A DNA stretch of 40,134 bases from Acaryochloridaceae cyanobacterium VAR_48_metabat_390 (lineage in GTDB: Bacteria > Cyanobacteriota > Cyanobacteriia > Thermosynechococcales > Thermosynechococcaceae): NCBI GenBank assembly GCA_031422435.1, contig JANPLU010000085.1:1-40134 (forward strand), given 5' to 3'. The notes beneath the pieces are model-generated. The model saw nothing but the letters and a program-made list of their open reading frames with translations, had not been told where the DNA came from and did no database searches. Below, piece by piece: positions 26,353-37,215 of this stretch. The first letter of the stretch is position 1; every line of letters starts with the position of its first letter. A program made the position numbers and the translations under genes.

Positions 26353-27564
26353 ATGGAGTCTTGGCAAAACCAATTCAAAGCCCCCTTCAGCCCATCTTCT
26401 CGTCAAAAAGCCTGGATTTGGGTACGGCAAAATCTTTTAAGCACCTGGTCTAACGTCCTTCTCACGCTGATCAGCCTTGGCATTGTTGCCACCACTCTAA
26501 CGGCACTGGGCACCTGGATTTTTACTCAAGCGCAGTGGGAGGTTGTGACGGTTAACCTCCGTCTCATTTTTGTCGGTCGCTATCCGGTTGAGCAGATCTG
26601 GCGACTTTGGCTGGTGCTAATGCTGTTGGTGACAGTCCCTACTCTATCTTGGGGCGCAATGCAGGGCTGGGGGCGCAAAGAGATGGCCTGGGTTACTGGT
26701 GGGGGAGCTGGGCTGGTGGGGGCGATCGCCCTCAGCAACCAAGGCTTAGAGCCGATCGCTTGGCTCGGAGGCATTACGGGTATGGCACTGGGAGGCGGTT
26801 ATCTAGGGGGCTGGAGTCAGCAGCAGCCCTGGGGAAAACCGCTCAAAACATGGCTCCCGCTGCTCTGGTTTTTGACGTTCTTCATTATGCTTTGGCTCAT
26901 TAGCGGTGGCTTAGGGTTGACCGCCGTCAGCACCACGTTTTGGAATGGGCTGCTTTTAACGCTGCTCGTCGCGGTGGTCAGTATTGTGCTGTCTTTTCCC
27001 TTGGGGGTTTTGCTGGCATTGGGGCGGCAAAGTCAACTGCCCATAATTCGCGTGGTGAGTACGGGCTACATTGAGCTAGTTCGAGGACTGCCCCTCATCG
27101 GCATTTTGTTTATGGCTCAGGTGATGCTGCCGCTATTGCTGCCGCCCCAAATTACGGTAGATCAGTTAGTGAGGGCGATCGCAGGTCTATCTCTCTTCAG
27201 TGCTGCCTACCTGGCTGAAACCGTGCGGGGTGGCCTACAGTCCATTCCCAATGGGCAGTGGGAAGCCTCTAGAGCGTTGGGGCTATCCACGCCTCTCACC
27301 CTTGGCCTCATTGTTCTGCCTCAAGCTTTACGAACGGTAGTACCTGCCATTGTGGGACAGTTTATTAGCCTATTTAAAGATACGGCGCTGCTTTCAATTG
27401 TGGGGCTTGTAGAGCTAACGGGCATTGCTCGCAGCATTACCTCCCAAGCCGAGTATTTGGGGCGCTATGCCGAGGTTTACCTGGTGCTGGGGCTAATCTA
27501 CTGGCTGTTTTGCTACGGTATGTCAGTCGCTAGCCGCCGTTTAGAACTTCCTTCAGGATCTTAG
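26353..27564 (+). CDS. Amino acid ABC transporter permease (AapM/NatH-like)
   Basis: [32 protein letters not shown]. Confidence 0.92.
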   Translation: MESWQNQFKAPFSPSSRQKAWIWVRQNLLSTWSNVLLTLISLGIVATTLTALGTWIFTQAQWEVVTVNLRLIFVGRYPVEQIWRLWLVLMLLVTVPTLSWGAMQGWGRKEMAWVTGGGAGLVGAIALSNQGLEPIAWLGGITGMALGGGYLGGWSQQQPWGKPLKTWLPLLWFLTFFIMLWLISGGLGLTAVSTTFWNGLLLTLLVAVVSIVLSFPLGVLLALGRQSQLPIIRVVSTGYIELVRGLPLIGILFMAQVMLPLLLPPQITVDQLVRAIAGLSLFSAAYLAETVRGGLQSIPNGQWEASRALGLSTPLTLGLIVLPQALRTVVPAIVGQFISLFKDTALLSIVGLVELTGIARSITSQAEYLGRYAEVYLVLGLIYWLFCYGMSVASRRLELPSGS

Positions 27565-27566
27565 CT

Positions 27567-28337
27567 ATGACTGATGCAGTAACGAATGTCGTAGAGATTG
27601 CGGCATCCCCCATTATTTCAGCCCAGGGCATCGAGAAATGGTACGGCACGTTTCAGGTGCTAAAGGGGGTTGACCTAGAGGTCTACCCTCAAGAAGTGGT
27701 GGTGCTGATGGGGCCGTCTGGCTCTGGCAAATCCACCCTCATTCGCACCCTCAATGGTCTGGAATCCCATGAGAAAGGCAGCATTATCATTGATGGCGTT
27801 GCGCTGACCCAAAACCCGCGTCATCTTGAGGCGATTCGCCGCGAAGTAGGGATGGTGTTCCAGCAGTTTAATCTGTTCCCTCATCTCACGGTGCTGCAAA
27901 ACATTACGCTTTCGCCGATTTGGGTACGGCGGCTGCCTAAACCCCAAGCCGAGGAGATCGCCATGCAGCTTTTAGAGCGGGTTGGCATTCTAGAGCAGGC
28001 GCATAAGTACCCTGGTCAGCTCTCTGGGGGGCAGCAGCAGCGGGTGGCGATCGCCCGTGCCCTTGCCATGCAGCCCAAAATTATGCTGTTTGACGAACCT
28101 ACTTCAGCCCTTGACCCTGAAATGATTAAGGAGGTATTGGACGTGATGCGATCGCTTGCTGAGGGCGGCATGACGATGGTGATTGTGACCCATGAAGTGG
28201 GGTTTGCGCGGGAAGTCGCGGATCACGTTCTGCTGATGGATCAAGGTCAGGTTGTTGAGCGCGCAACGCCCACAGAATTTTTCTCAAACCCTAAGGAGGA
28301 GCGCAGCCGCCAGTTTTTAGCCCAGATTTTGGCCTAA
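27567..28337 (+). CDS. Amino acid ABC transporter ATP-binding protein (AapP/GlnQ-like)
   Basis: [29 protein letters not shown]. Confidence 0.95.
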   Translation: MTDAVTNVVEIAASPIISAQGIEKWYGTFQVLKGVDLEVYPQEVVVLMGPSGSGKSTLIRTLNGLESHEKGSIIIDGVALTQNPRHLEAIRREVGMVFQQFNLFPHLTVLQNITLSPIWVRRLPKPQAEEIAMQLLERVGILEQAHKYPGQLSGGQQQRVAIARALAMQPKIMLFDEPTSALDPEMIKEVLDVMRSLAEGGMTMVIVTHEVGFAREVADHVLLMDQGQVVERATPTEFFSNPKEERSRQFLAQILA

Positions 28338-28442
28338 ATTTAACCCTCTCGGTAGCTGAGTAGGTACTCAGATGCTTAGAATGGCAGGGTTGTGAATAGC
28401 ACCGCAACCGTTTGATTTGTGTGGAGTGCTCTAGGACAATTC

Positions 28443-30248
28443 ATGATCAAACTTCAGGGTATTCTACCCCCCCTTTTGAGTCTTTCTGTTCTAGCTATCT
28501 CTCAGAACAGTCAGGCTGCAAAGACTGCTGAGCCACCCTCGACGATTGCTCAAACCAATCGTGCTGCTGCTTCAAAACCGCAGTCAGCGGAAGCACTTTG
28601 TGAATCAAAAAATCTAAGCTTTTTAGAAGAAGGGCTGATTCCCAAAGCTGCCGAAGCAGTGCCTGAAACGCTACCCCCGCAGGCACTCTTAGAAGTGCCC
28701 CAACAGCCCTCAGCCGTTGCGCTGCAAACCTCGCTCTCTCTCAGCCTACCTACCGTTATTCGCTTGGCCTTTGAGCGCAATCCAGATATTCAGTCCGCGC
28801 GGCTTCAGGTGCAGCGCAGTTGCGCTCAGCTTAAACAATCTAAAGCTGCGCTGCTGCCCTCTCTAAACGTGAGCGGCAGTGTTGCTCGGACAGACGGCAG
28901 TTCTTTTTCGCCTCGCAGCCGTTCTTATGGTTCGCTAGGTTCTGGCACCACAGGGTCACAGTCTGTTTCAAGTAGCCTACAGCAGCAGGCAGCCGTTGCT
29001 CAACAGCAGCTCCAGCAAGATATTGGGCAGCTTCAGCAGCGTTTTCAACAAACGCCAACCCAGGTACAAACCAATACGCTTGGGCAGCAGCTTCAGCAGC
29101 TTCAGCAGCGTGCCAGCCAAAGTGCGGTATTGCCCACCACGGTCGATTTATCACTGCTTAATGCGAGTGACGTGGCGCTGCCGCTGCGGTCTGGTAATGG
29201 CGCAGGGGGAGATGGGGGCTTTTTTAATGGTGCATTAACGCTTCGCTACGGCCTCTACACAGGTGGGCAGCGAGATGCTTCCATTAAATCTTCTCAAAAC
29301 CAGGTTCAAAATTCTGCCCTAGATCTACAGCGCCAGCTTCAGCGCCTCCGGCAAAGTGTTACCTCAAACTACTTTGACCTCCAGCAAACTCAGGCTCTAA
29401 TTGCAGTTGCAGATAGCTCTGTCAAAAATCTCCAAGAAAATCTAAGAATTATTCAGTTAGGAGAACAGGCCGGAATCCGCACCCGATTTGAGGTATTGCA
29501 GGCATCGGTTAGTTTAGCCGACGCGGTGCAGAATCAAACGCAGGCTAAATCTCTTTACGCTATTGCGCGTCGCCAACTAGTGCAGCAGCTTAATTTACCG
29601 AGTACCGCAGACGTAACCCTACCGTCTACCGCCAGCCCTGAAAGGGCAGGGCAATGGTCTTTATCGTTAGAAGAAACCATTGTGTTAGCGCTCAACAATC
29701 GCGTTGAGCTAACCCAAACTAGACTTCAGCGCCAGATTACGCAGCTTCAAAAACGGATTGTGGCTAGCCAGCGTAAGCCGCAGGTTCAAAGTTTTGCCTC
29801 TGTTAACCTGGCTGACGATCTCGAAGATCGCTTTTTAGGTGCCTACGGCTATTCTGTGGGCGTGCAGATGAGCATTCGTGCCTTTGATGGGGGAGACGTG
29901 CGATCGCAGCTCCGGCAGCTTGACAAAAATCTTGAGATTATCGACCAGCAGTTTAATCAGCTCAAAGAATCCATTCGCTTTGAGGTAGAGCAGGCTTACT
30001 TTAACCTTCAGGCCAACGGCACTAATATTGATACTGCCAACGGAGCGCTAACCCAGGCCACCGAAAGTCTGCGGCTTGCAGTGGTGAGACGAGACGCAGG
30101 GGTAGGAACCACCTTAGAAGTGACCCGCGCCCAAGCGGATCTAACGCAGGCTCAAGGGAACTTGATTCAGGCAATCTTGGACTACAATCGCGCTTTGGTG
30201 ACGCTAGAGCGCGCCACGGGTTTTGTAAATATTGTCGAAAATCCGTAG
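28443..30248 (+). CDS. TolC family outer membrane efflux protein
   Basis: Two OEP repeats (ERNPDIQSARL, GIRTRFEVLQA, GVGTTLEVTRAQ, ERATG); signal peptide from ATG 28443. Confidence 0.9.
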   Translation: MIKLQGILPPLLSLSVLAISQNSQAAKTAEPPSTIAQTNRAAASKPQSAEALCESKNLSFLEEGLIPKAAEAVPETLPPQALLEVPQQPSAVALQTSLSLSLPTVIRLAFERNPDIQSARLQVQRSCAQLKQSKAALLPSLNVSGSVARTDGSSFSPRSRSYGSLGSGTTGSQSVSSSLQQQAAVAQQQLQQDIGQLQQRFQQTPTQVQTNTLGQQLQQLQQRASQSAVLPTTVDLSLLNASDVALPLRSGNGAGGDGGFFNGALTLRYGLYTGGQRDASIKSSQNQVQNSALDLQRQLQRLRQSVTSNYFDLQQTQALIAVADSSVKNLQENLRIIQLGEQAGIRTRFEVLQASVSLADAVQNQTQAKSLYAIARRQLVQQLNLPSTADVTLPSTASPERAGQWSLSLEETIVLALNNRVELTQTRLQRQITQLQKRIVASQRKPQVQSFASVNLADDLEDRFLGAYGYSVGVQMSIRAFDGGDVRSQLRQLDKNLEIIDQQFNQLKESIRFEVEQAYFNLQANGTNIDTANGALTQATESLRLAVVRRDAGVGTTLEVTRAQADLTQAQGNLIQAILDYNRALVTLERATGFVNIVENP

Positions 30249-30278
30249 AGTGGCGATCGCCGTTGAAAATTCCCTTTC

Positions 30279-31394
30279 TCATGTTGCCATGGGTATTGCT
30301 GCTGTTAGAGGTTCCTGGTCGCCCATACTGTATAGCGCTGCTTCAAATAAATCTGTCGCATCATCCCAAGTATATTGAGTGGCTGTGGCGTAAGCTGCCT
30401 CTGACATCTGCTGCCATTTTTCTGGGGATGCAGTTAGAGCACAGATGAGTTTCTGCGCCAGACCGTCTACATCATCAATGGGTAACAAATAGCCGTTAAT
30501 CCCTTCCCGGATAATATCGCTCGGGCCACCCACCGCCGTCGATATGACAGGACAGCGACAAGCCATTGCTTCTAAGGGTGGCAGGTGGAATCCTTCGCTG
30601 CGGCTGCCACAAATCCACAGATCGCAACGAGCGTATATCTCTCTAATCTGACTTTGAGTGGGTTCTTGAAAATATTCTGCTTCCTGAGGCAGGGGCAGTG
30701 TGTCTGAAACCGGATAAGACCCAAAGGCAATCAGCCGCAACCCAGGAACGCTTTGAGCTGCTATCGAGACTGCTTTTAGACTGACATCACATCCTTTCCA
30801 ATGCAGCGGAGCGTACAGCATTCCCACTGTTGGGAAATTCTGTCTGCCGCGCGGTGGAGCATAGAACTGTTGGGTCTCTACACTGTTTAGAACAAGGGAA
30901 ACGTTGTCATCACTGTACTCAGTCCGCATCAGATCAACTAACCACTGCGAGATCGTAATCTTATGGAGCGGCAAGGTATAGGTTGCTCTAACCCGCTGCT
31001 GAGGAAGATAGTCGAAGACTTCATGGTGCTGGATGAAGTAAAACTTTTTCCCTTTTTGAGGCGATAAATTTGCCACCCATTCTGCCGTTTCCCACCAGGT
31101 TGCAATCACAACATCGGCATCTGGTACATCCTTATCTACGACGGGTCGAGACTTATCCAGTACCCGATAGGGCACATTCATCTCGTCTAGATGAGAGCCA
31201 GCGTTCTGCGGTAAAGCTATCCAGCCCTGCCCCTTCAGCAGTGAACTCAACTGCTGCTTTAAGGTGGGCTGGGAACTGCCTTTGACCACAACTAAAACAT
31301 CATGCCCTCGCTTTCTGAGACGATCAGCGTAGATGGCGACCACGCGATCGCCACCAGAGAAGGAAAGTCCACCCATTACAAAGGTAATTTTCAT
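30279..31394 (-). CDS. Glycosyltransferase family 4
   Basis: SGGDRVV; EGFHLPPLEAMACRCPVIST. Confidence 0.92.
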   Translation of the reverse strand: MKITFVMGGLSFSGGDRVVAIYADRLRKRGHDVLVVVKGSSQPTLKQQLSSLLKGQGWIALPQNAGSHLDEMNVPYRVLDKSRPVVDKDVPDADVVIATWWETAEWVANLSPQKGKKFYFIQHHEVFDYLPQQRVRATYTLPLHKITISQWLVDLMRTEYSDDNVSLVLNSVETQQFYAPPRGRQNFPTVGMLYAPLHWKGCDVSLKAVSIAAQSVPGLRLIAFGSYPVSDTLPLPQEAEYFQEPTQSQIREIYARCDLWICGSRSEGFHLPPLEAMACRCPVISTAVGGPSDIIREGINGYLLPIDDVDGLAQKLICALTASPEKWQQMSEAAYATATQYTWDDATDLFEAALYSMGDQEPLTAAIPMAT

Positions 31395-31422
31395 ATCGGT
31401 GCAAGAGGTCTATTCTGATTAA

Positions 31423-33192
31423 TCAATTTACCTGTCGCCTAAAAATAAAAATGGCGCGATTCTTCAAACTCAACCATGAAAAATAAGGCAGTCGTTCGAG
31501 AACTTGATAGCCAGGACGTGGCTCTTCGCTGGCGATCACATACTGATCGTCCAGCACCCAAGCACCTTTCCCATCAACATTCATATTCCACCAGCTTCGG
31601 GTATGGTGGCGTTCCATATACGCCTCGCTGTTATACCAGCCGCTAAAGGTATCAATCCCTTTTACCGCAGTAGCAGGGGCACCATACACCTTCTCTAGCC
31701 GATGATGGGCGACCCAAGCGGTTCGATTCCAGGCCATGTAGTCTTGTAGGCTCAAGAGGCTTAACAGACCAATGAGGAGCGTTGAAAGCACCATAGGTAC
31801 CACCACTCCTTTAAGGCGACACCGAGAGACATCACGCGCTAAGAGCAGAACAAAGGGCACAAGAGCTGGCAACAAATAGCGATCTACGGTTATGGTTCGC
31901 CAAGGGTTATAGGCTGCTGCTAAAGAGAGAATACCCCAAGCCGCTAAAAAATAATCTTGATGGAGGGCAAACTGTGTTTCTTCTAGCCTTCCAGGGATAG
32001 AGCGATAGCGCGTTTGCCAAAGGTCGCTGAGAATTAAAAATAAGAGTCCTGAGACAAAAAGCGCCAGTATGGTGATCGGCCACCACCCCGACTCAAGTTG
32101 GATTGCTGTTGTGGCATGTAGATCCGGTAACTGTAGCGGCCCAAGCCCAAAATCTAAAAGGGTTCTGTAGACCATTAACGGCATCCGAGCAGGATAGTTC
32201 TTGAGCCAAAGCGCGTCTTCTTGAAACAGTAGGCGCTTAATCCAATACAGCAGTTGGGGCAGCCCAAAGACAAAGAGTGAAACACCGCAAAACATCAGCA
32301 TGAGTCGCCAACGTTTTGGCGACCAGGGACTATATCCTTTCCAAAGCTGCCAGAGTCTGCCAATGCCTAGGGGAAGGGTAAATAGACCGATATAGCAAAG
32401 TGCAACTGGCCCATGGCGGATGCCGTCCATCACCGTGCTGTACAGGGCAACGCTAGACTCTAGGATGGGCGTTTTTGATGTGAGTGCCTTGCCCCAAAAG
32501 AGATATAGTCCAAGGATCACGCTCCAGGGTGCCAGGATAGCAACCTGCATCGCTCTAGAGAAACCGTACTGCTTCCGCAGGGCAAGCCAACCTACGGTGA
32601 TGCCAAAGGCAAGAGGCAGCAAAACACCAAACTGACGCACTAAAAAGGCCAACGTTGCAAAGCTGCTTCCCCAAGCCGCCCATGAGGGTTTAGGCTGCTT
32701 CAGGGCCTTTAGAAAAAATAGCCCTGATAGACTCGACATTGTCATAAATGGGATATCGGTCATAAAGCTATAGGTAAGCGCTAGCACTAGGGGACTTGTG
32801 GCGGTGATGATAGCGCACAGCAGCGCCAGATTCCGCTTTAGCCCCATCATGAGGGCGCATTGGGCAACCGCCCAGGCATTGAGCAGCGCCAATACCAGGG
32901 TAGAAATTCTGAGGGTGCTAAAGCTAAAGCCAAAGAGCTTACAAAACATTGCGCCCCAATAGGCCTGCGCTATCAGGGTAGCGTTGAGGTAAGGGTGAGC
33001 CTGATATTGACCCATATTCACCAAGTTCTGCACCGTTTTGGCATAAATCCAATCATCACTGAGGGGAAATTCGCCGATGGGGGAAATCAACAGCACAATG
33101 ATGCTGAACAGTGCTGCAAGGGGCAGCACGATAGAATAATGGACTGCATAGCTTCCTAGGCGCTTCAACCTGCCGTTGTAAATTTGAAGCAT
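31423..33192 (-). CDS. GT-C membrane glycosyltransferase (GT39/ArnT-like)
   Basis: PLSDDWIY loop motif, SFMTDIPF, many TM helices, DRYLLP. Confidence 0.8.
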   Translation of the reverse strand: MLQIYNGRLKRLGSYAVHYSIVLPLAALFSIIVLLISPIGEFPLSDDWIYAKTVQNLVNMGQYQAHPYLNATLIAQAYWGAMFCKLFGFSFSTLRISTLVLALLNAWAVAQCALMMGLKRNLALLCAIITATSPLVLALTYSFMTDIPFMTMSSLSGLFFLKALKQPKPSWAAWGSSFATLAFLVRQFGVLLPLAFGITVGWLALRKQYGFSRAMQVAILAPWSVILGLYLFWGKALTSKTPILESSVALYSTVMDGIRHGPVALCYIGLFTLPLGIGRLWQLWKGYSPWSPKRWRLMLMFCGVSLFVFGLPQLLYWIKRLLFQEDALWLKNYPARMPLMVYRTLLDFGLGPLQLPDLHATTAIQLESGWWPITILALFVSGLLFLILSDLWQTRYRSIPGRLEETQFALHQDYFLAAWGILSLAAAYNPWRTITVDRYLLPALVPFVLLLARDVSRCRLKGVVVPMVLSTLLIGLLSLLSLQDYMAWNRTAWVAHHRLEKVYGAPATAVKGIDTFSGWYNSEAYMERHHTRSWWNMNVDGKGAWVLDDQYVIASEEPRPGYQVLERLPYFSWLSLKNRAIFIFRRQVN

Positions 33193-33209
33193 GGACTCTC
33201 TAGGATCCG

Positions 33210-33770
33210 TTATGACAGTGAACTCTCTAATGGCTGATCTTTCTGATAGAAGGCTAAAGCGGTTGTTCCGTAATAGCGCGTTTGGGTGACGCTCAAGCCA
33301 GACAATGCTGTGGGCAAAACCTTTTGTTTGTGATGCTCAACGGCTAATATGCCCATGCTGCTGAGGAGGTTATGGTGGGCGATCGCCATAATCGCCTTCT
33401 CATAAAAGTCGCAGGCATAAGGCGGATCAAAATAAATGCGGTCAAACTGCTGGCCTGCCAATTGCGCTAACCCTCGCAGTACATCCATTTGTAAAATCTG
33501 CATCTGCTGTTCAGGGCGAGCCACTTTATTCCAGTTATGCTCAATAACCTTACAGGCACGTCCAGCCTGCTCAATGCCTACTACCACGGCTGCCCCGCGA
33601 CAAAGCGCTTCCGCACCCATTGCGCCCGTTCCTGCACAGAGATCCAGCCAACGACAGCCTGCAATTTCAAACTGCCAGATGTTAAAAATAGCCTCGCGCA
33701 CGCGGGAAGCAGTCGGTCGAGTGTCTAACCCCGAAACGGTTTGAATGGTTTGTTTACCTCGAAGTCTCAC
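33210..33770 (-). CDS. rsmD: 16S rRNA m2G966 methyltransferase
   Basis: TRPTASRVREAIFN, LDLCAGTG, YFDPPY. Confidence 0.93.
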   Translation of the reverse strand: MRLRGKQTIQTVSGLDTRPTASRVREAIFNIWQFEIAGCRWLDLCAGTGAMGAEALCRGAAVVVGIEQAGRACKVIEHNWNKVARPEQQMQILQMDVLRGLAQLAGQQFDRIYFDPPYACDFYEKAIMAIAHHNLLSSMGILAVEHHKQKVLPTALSGLSVTQTRYYGTTALAFYQKDQPLESSLS

Positions 33771-33796
33771 GGGCTAGTTCTCATGGGCTTAATGGC

Positions 33797-34453
33797 CTAA
33801 ACGGCACTCACTAACTTCTGCTGCTGAACGAAAGTCACAAAGTTTGCCAGCATTTGTAGACCCGCCTCAGACGATTTTTCAGGGTGGAACTGCACCGCCA
33901 TGACGTTATTGCGGGCGATCGCAGCCGTCACGGTCTGGCTTCCGTGGGTCACAGTCGCAGCCGTCAGAATGGGATCTGCTGGCTCTACATAGTAAGAGTG
34001 CACAAAATAGACCCAAGGATCAACAGGCAGCGTTTCCCAAAGCGGTAGATTAGGCTGAGTATATTCCAGCTGGTTCCAGCCCATGTGGGGAATAGTCAAA
34101 TCTGGCTCAGATTGGAATCGCTTAATCACGCCAGGGAAAATGCCAAGGCCATGTTCTTGGCCTTCTTCACTGCCCTCAAACAAAATTTGCATCCCTAGGC
34201 AAATGCCTAAGAAAGGCTTACCACTCGCAATCACTTCTTTAATAATGGGCACTAATCCACGTTCTTGCAGATGCTGCATGGCTGGGTCAAAGGAACCCAC
34301 CCCAGGGAGTACTACTGCATCTGCCTGTCGCAATTCTGCAGACTGATCGGTCACACAGGCCTTTGCACCTGCGGCCTCTAGTCCTTTACAGGCGGAGTGG
34401 AGGTTTCCCATGTCATAGTCAACTACGGCAATGTTAGTGGTTGAGCCAGTCAT
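33797..34453 (-). CDS. hisH: Imidazole glycerol phosphate synthase glutaminase subunit
   Basis: DYDMGNL, LPGVG, GICLGMQ, PHMGWN, QFHPEKS. Confidence 0.97.
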   Translation of the reverse strand: MTGSTTNIAVVDYDMGNLHSACKGLEAAGAKACVTDQSAELRQADAVVLPGVGSFDPAMQHLQERGLVPIIKEVIASGKPFLGICLGMQILFEGSEEGQEHGLGIFPGVIKRFQSEPDLTIPHMGWNQLEYTQPNLPLWETLPVDPWVYFVHSYYVEPADPILTAATVTHGSQTVTAAIARNNVMAVQFHPEKSSEAGLQMLANFVTFVQQQKLVSAV

Positions 34454-34853
34454 TGAGCGTTTTCTCTCTCAAGTTCCATCGAGTGCCCTTCTAGCTTATC
34501 GGAAACTTTACCCGCCCCTTAATGAATTCTAGGTAGTGTTCAAGGCTCTATAGGTGTTTCAGGGAGACAGACAATCATAAAAGGCTGGAATCATTACACC
34601 TCTTGAACTTCAGCAATTTGACATCTCCAGTCCCGAAAGTCTTTCCTAGCAAAGATTTGAGACAATTATAGCCTCAGCCCTCCCTGGAACACCTATAAAG
34701 CCTACTTGTTTAGCACGACCAACCTTTGAAAGATTTTACTCAGATAGCTTTGAAACCTACGTCTGGGGCAAACTCATAACAAAACATGCATCATTTCTTT
34801 TAGATTCATGTTAACTTGCTCTGAATTATAAAAATGCTTCTTACAAAACGCTT

Positions 34854-35204
34854 ATGTCCTACGATGCCAACCGTTTAGAAATCTCCGTTGAAGCCTTAGC
34901 TCAGCGCATCGCCACAGCAGACGCTCCCCTTCAGCTTATTGACGTGCGCGAACTGCAGGAAATTGCGATCGCCGCCCTCCCCAACTTTCAAGTCTTTCCC
35001 CTCAGTCAGTCCGCAGAATGGATGGCAACCCTTCCCACTCAGCTAGACCCCCACGCTGAAACTTACGTGATCTGTCACCACGGGATGCGTTCTGCCCAGA
35101 TGTGTCAATGGCTGAACCAACAGGGCTTTACCAACGTCAAAAATATTGCAGGTGGCATTGATGCCTACACCCTAGCGGTTGATTCCTCCATCCGTCGCTA
35201 CTAG
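34854..35204 (+). CDS. Rhodanese-like sulfurtransferase
   Basis: LIDVRE, CHHGMRS, GGIDAY. Confidence 0.9.
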   Translation: MSYDANRLEISVEALAQRIATADAPLQLIDVRELQEIAIAALPNFQVFPLSQSAEWMATLPTQLDPHAETYVICHHGMRSAQMCQWLNQQGFTNVKNIAGGIDAYTLAVDSSIRRY

Positions 35205-35230
35205 CCCAGCCCTTTCTGTAAACCATCGCC

Positions 35231-36334
35231 ATGTACGTTCAGCTCACCGAGCGCCAGCAAAAAGTCCTTCGAGCCACTGTTAATCACTACATTGAAACGG
35301 CAGAGCCGGTCGGATCCCAAGCGCTTGCGAAAGAATACGAATTTAGCCTTAGCTCCGCTACCATTCGCAACGTCATGGGCATGTTAGAGAAAGAGGGCTT
35401 ACTTTATCAACCTCACACCTCTGCGGGGCGAATTCCCTCAGATTCTGGATATCGCGTTTACGTCGATAAGCTTATCACCCCCTCAGACCAGTGGGTAGAA
35501 CGCATCCAGCAGCTTCTTGCCAAACGCCTCCCCGCCGAACCTGCTAGCTTTGAGACCCTCCTGCGTCAGGCAGCTCAGATTTTAGCCACCCTCAGCGGCT
35601 GCGTGGCGCTGATTACGGTTCCCCAGTCATCTCTTGCCACCACCATTCGCCATCTGCATTTGGTGCAGGTAGAGCCACAGCGGGTCATGCTGATTTTGGT
35701 GACAGATACCTACGAAACCCGCTCTGTTTTTATGGATTTACCTGCTCACCTGGGGCAATCTGATGATGCTGAATTGCTAGAGCAAGAGCTGCACCTACTC
35801 TCTAACTTTCTAAATCATCACCTGTGCGACAAGTCGTTATCAGAACTGGCATTGATCGACTGGCAGGATTTAGATCGCGAGTTTCAGAAATTTGCAGCAT
35901 TCCTCAAGCAGCTTTGCCAAGATCTGAGTCAGCGAAATCAGTCACCCATTGCCAACCCTATTTTAATTGGCGGGGTTTCTGAGTTTTTACGGCAGCCCGA
36001 ATTTTCAGAACTGGCGCAAGCGCAGACCATTATTCAGATGCTCGAAGAAGAACAAGATCAGCTCTGGCCTCTCATCTATGAGGGAATAGCGTTCCAGGTG
36101 CCGTCTTCTTCTCGAAAAGGCAGTCGTCCCCCTGTACTGATTCGCATTGGCACAGAGAATGCGCTCAAACCCATCCAAAACTGCGCTTTGGTTTCATCGG
36201 TGTATCAAAAAGGCACCACGCCCGTTGGCAGCGTTGGCGTTTTAGGCCCCACGCGTATGGCTTACGATAAGGTCATTGCCTTTGTGGAAGGTACCGCTGA
36301 GTTTCTGACGGCTCGTTTGGGTCAGGTATCTTAG
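35231..36334 (+). CDS. hrcA: Heat-inducible transcriptional repressor
   Basis: EPVGS, SSATIRN, QPHTSAGRIPSDSGYRVYVD, LGPTRMAY. Confidence 0.97.
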   Translation: MYVQLTERQQKVLRATVNHYIETAEPVGSQALAKEYEFSLSSATIRNVMGMLEKEGLLYQPHTSAGRIPSDSGYRVYVDKLITPSDQWVERIQQLLAKRLPAEPASFETLLRQAAQILATLSGCVALITVPQSSLATTIRHLHLVQVEPQRVMLILVTDTYETRSVFMDLPAHLGQSDDAELLEQELHLLSNFLNHHLCDKSLSELALIDWQDLDREFQKFAAFLKQLCQDLSQRNQSPIANPILIGGVSEFLRQPEFSELAQAQTIIQMLEEEQDQLWPLIYEGIAFQVPSSSRKGSRPPVLIRIGTENALKPIQNCALVSSVYQKGTTPVGSVGVLGPTRMAYDKVIAFVEGTAEFLTARLGQVS

Positions 36335-36377
36335 TGCTTATGAGGCGCTGAGCGATTTAACGCAGGAGGCATAGGCG

Positions 36378-36809
36378 ATGGAAGAATTGCTGGAGCTTAA
36401 GAATCTGCTGGTCGGGGGAAACCTCTCTGGAGCCTTGCTGCTGGTGGAGGAGATGACCGAAATGAGCAAAGATGACAAGCTAAACAAGATCTTTAGCTTT
36501 GGCATTATCTTGCTGCTGCATTTGATCAAACAGCAGGCTGAGAACCGAACAACGCGATCTTGGGACGTTTCAATTCGCAATGCGGTACGGCAAATCCAAC
36601 GCTCAAATAAACGCCAGAAATCAAAGGGACACTACCTCACGTCCGAAGAATTGATGGAGACTTTAGCAGATGCTTACAAGTCAGCCCTTGATGAAACAGC
36701 ATTAGAAGCATTTGAGGGCAGGTACGAAGCAGAAGAAATTGCCACTATGATTGACCGCACCCAAATCCTCAATCAGGCGATCGCATTAATTCTGGATGAC
36801 ACGCCATAA
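36378..36809 (+). CDS. DUF29 family protein
   Basis: ILLLHLIKQQAE...RSWDVSIRN. Confidence 0.8.
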   Translation: MEELLELKNLLVGGNLSGALLLVEEMTEMSKDDKLNKIFSFGIILLLHLIKQQAENRTTRSWDVSIRNAVRQIQRSNKRQKSKGHYLTSEELMETLADAYKSALDETALEAFEGRYEAEEIATMIDRTQILNQAIALILDDTP

Positions 36810-36855
36810 GCAAACACTTCCAGGGAACGCTAGATCGTAAAGCGCTGAAGTCACT

Positions 36856-37077
36856 ATGAAATCTAAGCATTCTCAGTCTGTAGTCTGGATAGTGGGGGTT
36901 GCGGCGATCGCCCTCTCCGCCTGCGCCAACCCCGTCGCCGAAACCTACAAAAAAGGGATAGATGGCGGCGAAAAAGCTATCGAAAAAGCCCGTAACGTTC
37001 AGCAAACCGTCGATCAGACAAAGAAAACAATTGAACAGCAGGCAACAGAAGCTGAAGGCAGCCCCAAAAGTCCGTAG
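36856..37077 (+). CDS. Small lipoprotein
   Basis: Hydrophobic signal with lipobox LSAC. Confidence 0.7.
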   Translation: MKSKHSQSVVWIVGVAAIALSACANPVAETYKKGIDGGEKAIEKARNVQQTVDQTKKTIEQQATEAEGSPKSP

Positions 37078-37144
37078 CCGTCCGCGCTAGCATAGGTAGT
37101 ATGTCTATTATGCAATAATCCAATGATGTCCAAGGATGTCCATT

Positions 37145-37167
37145 AAACCCTTTCTAGTAAAGGGTTT
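37145..37167. other. Hairpin AAACCCTTT-CTAGT-AAAGGGTTT in the att-proximal region
   Basis: 9-bp perfect inverted repeat upstream of the integrase. Confidence 0.6.
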
Positions 37168-37215
37168 TGCTTTGTTTATAGTCTTGATTAGTCTGAGTTT
37201 GTCTATTGTAATCCG

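Noticed and set aside
15152..34346. Many short ORFs nested in or antisense to housekeeping genes
   Set aside because: Shadow frames of well-supported CDSs with no independent motifs.
34454..35230. CIRCE element upstream of hrcA
   Set aside because: Only TTAGCAC at ~34710; no GAGTGCTAA partner at 9-bp spacing.
37075..37115. dusA-like or dif-like attachment site
   Set aside because: Reverse strand CCTATGCTAGCGCGGACG only loosely recalls the dusA PMLDWT codons and no dusA frame follows; ATTGCATAA resembles one dif arm but the second arm is missing.
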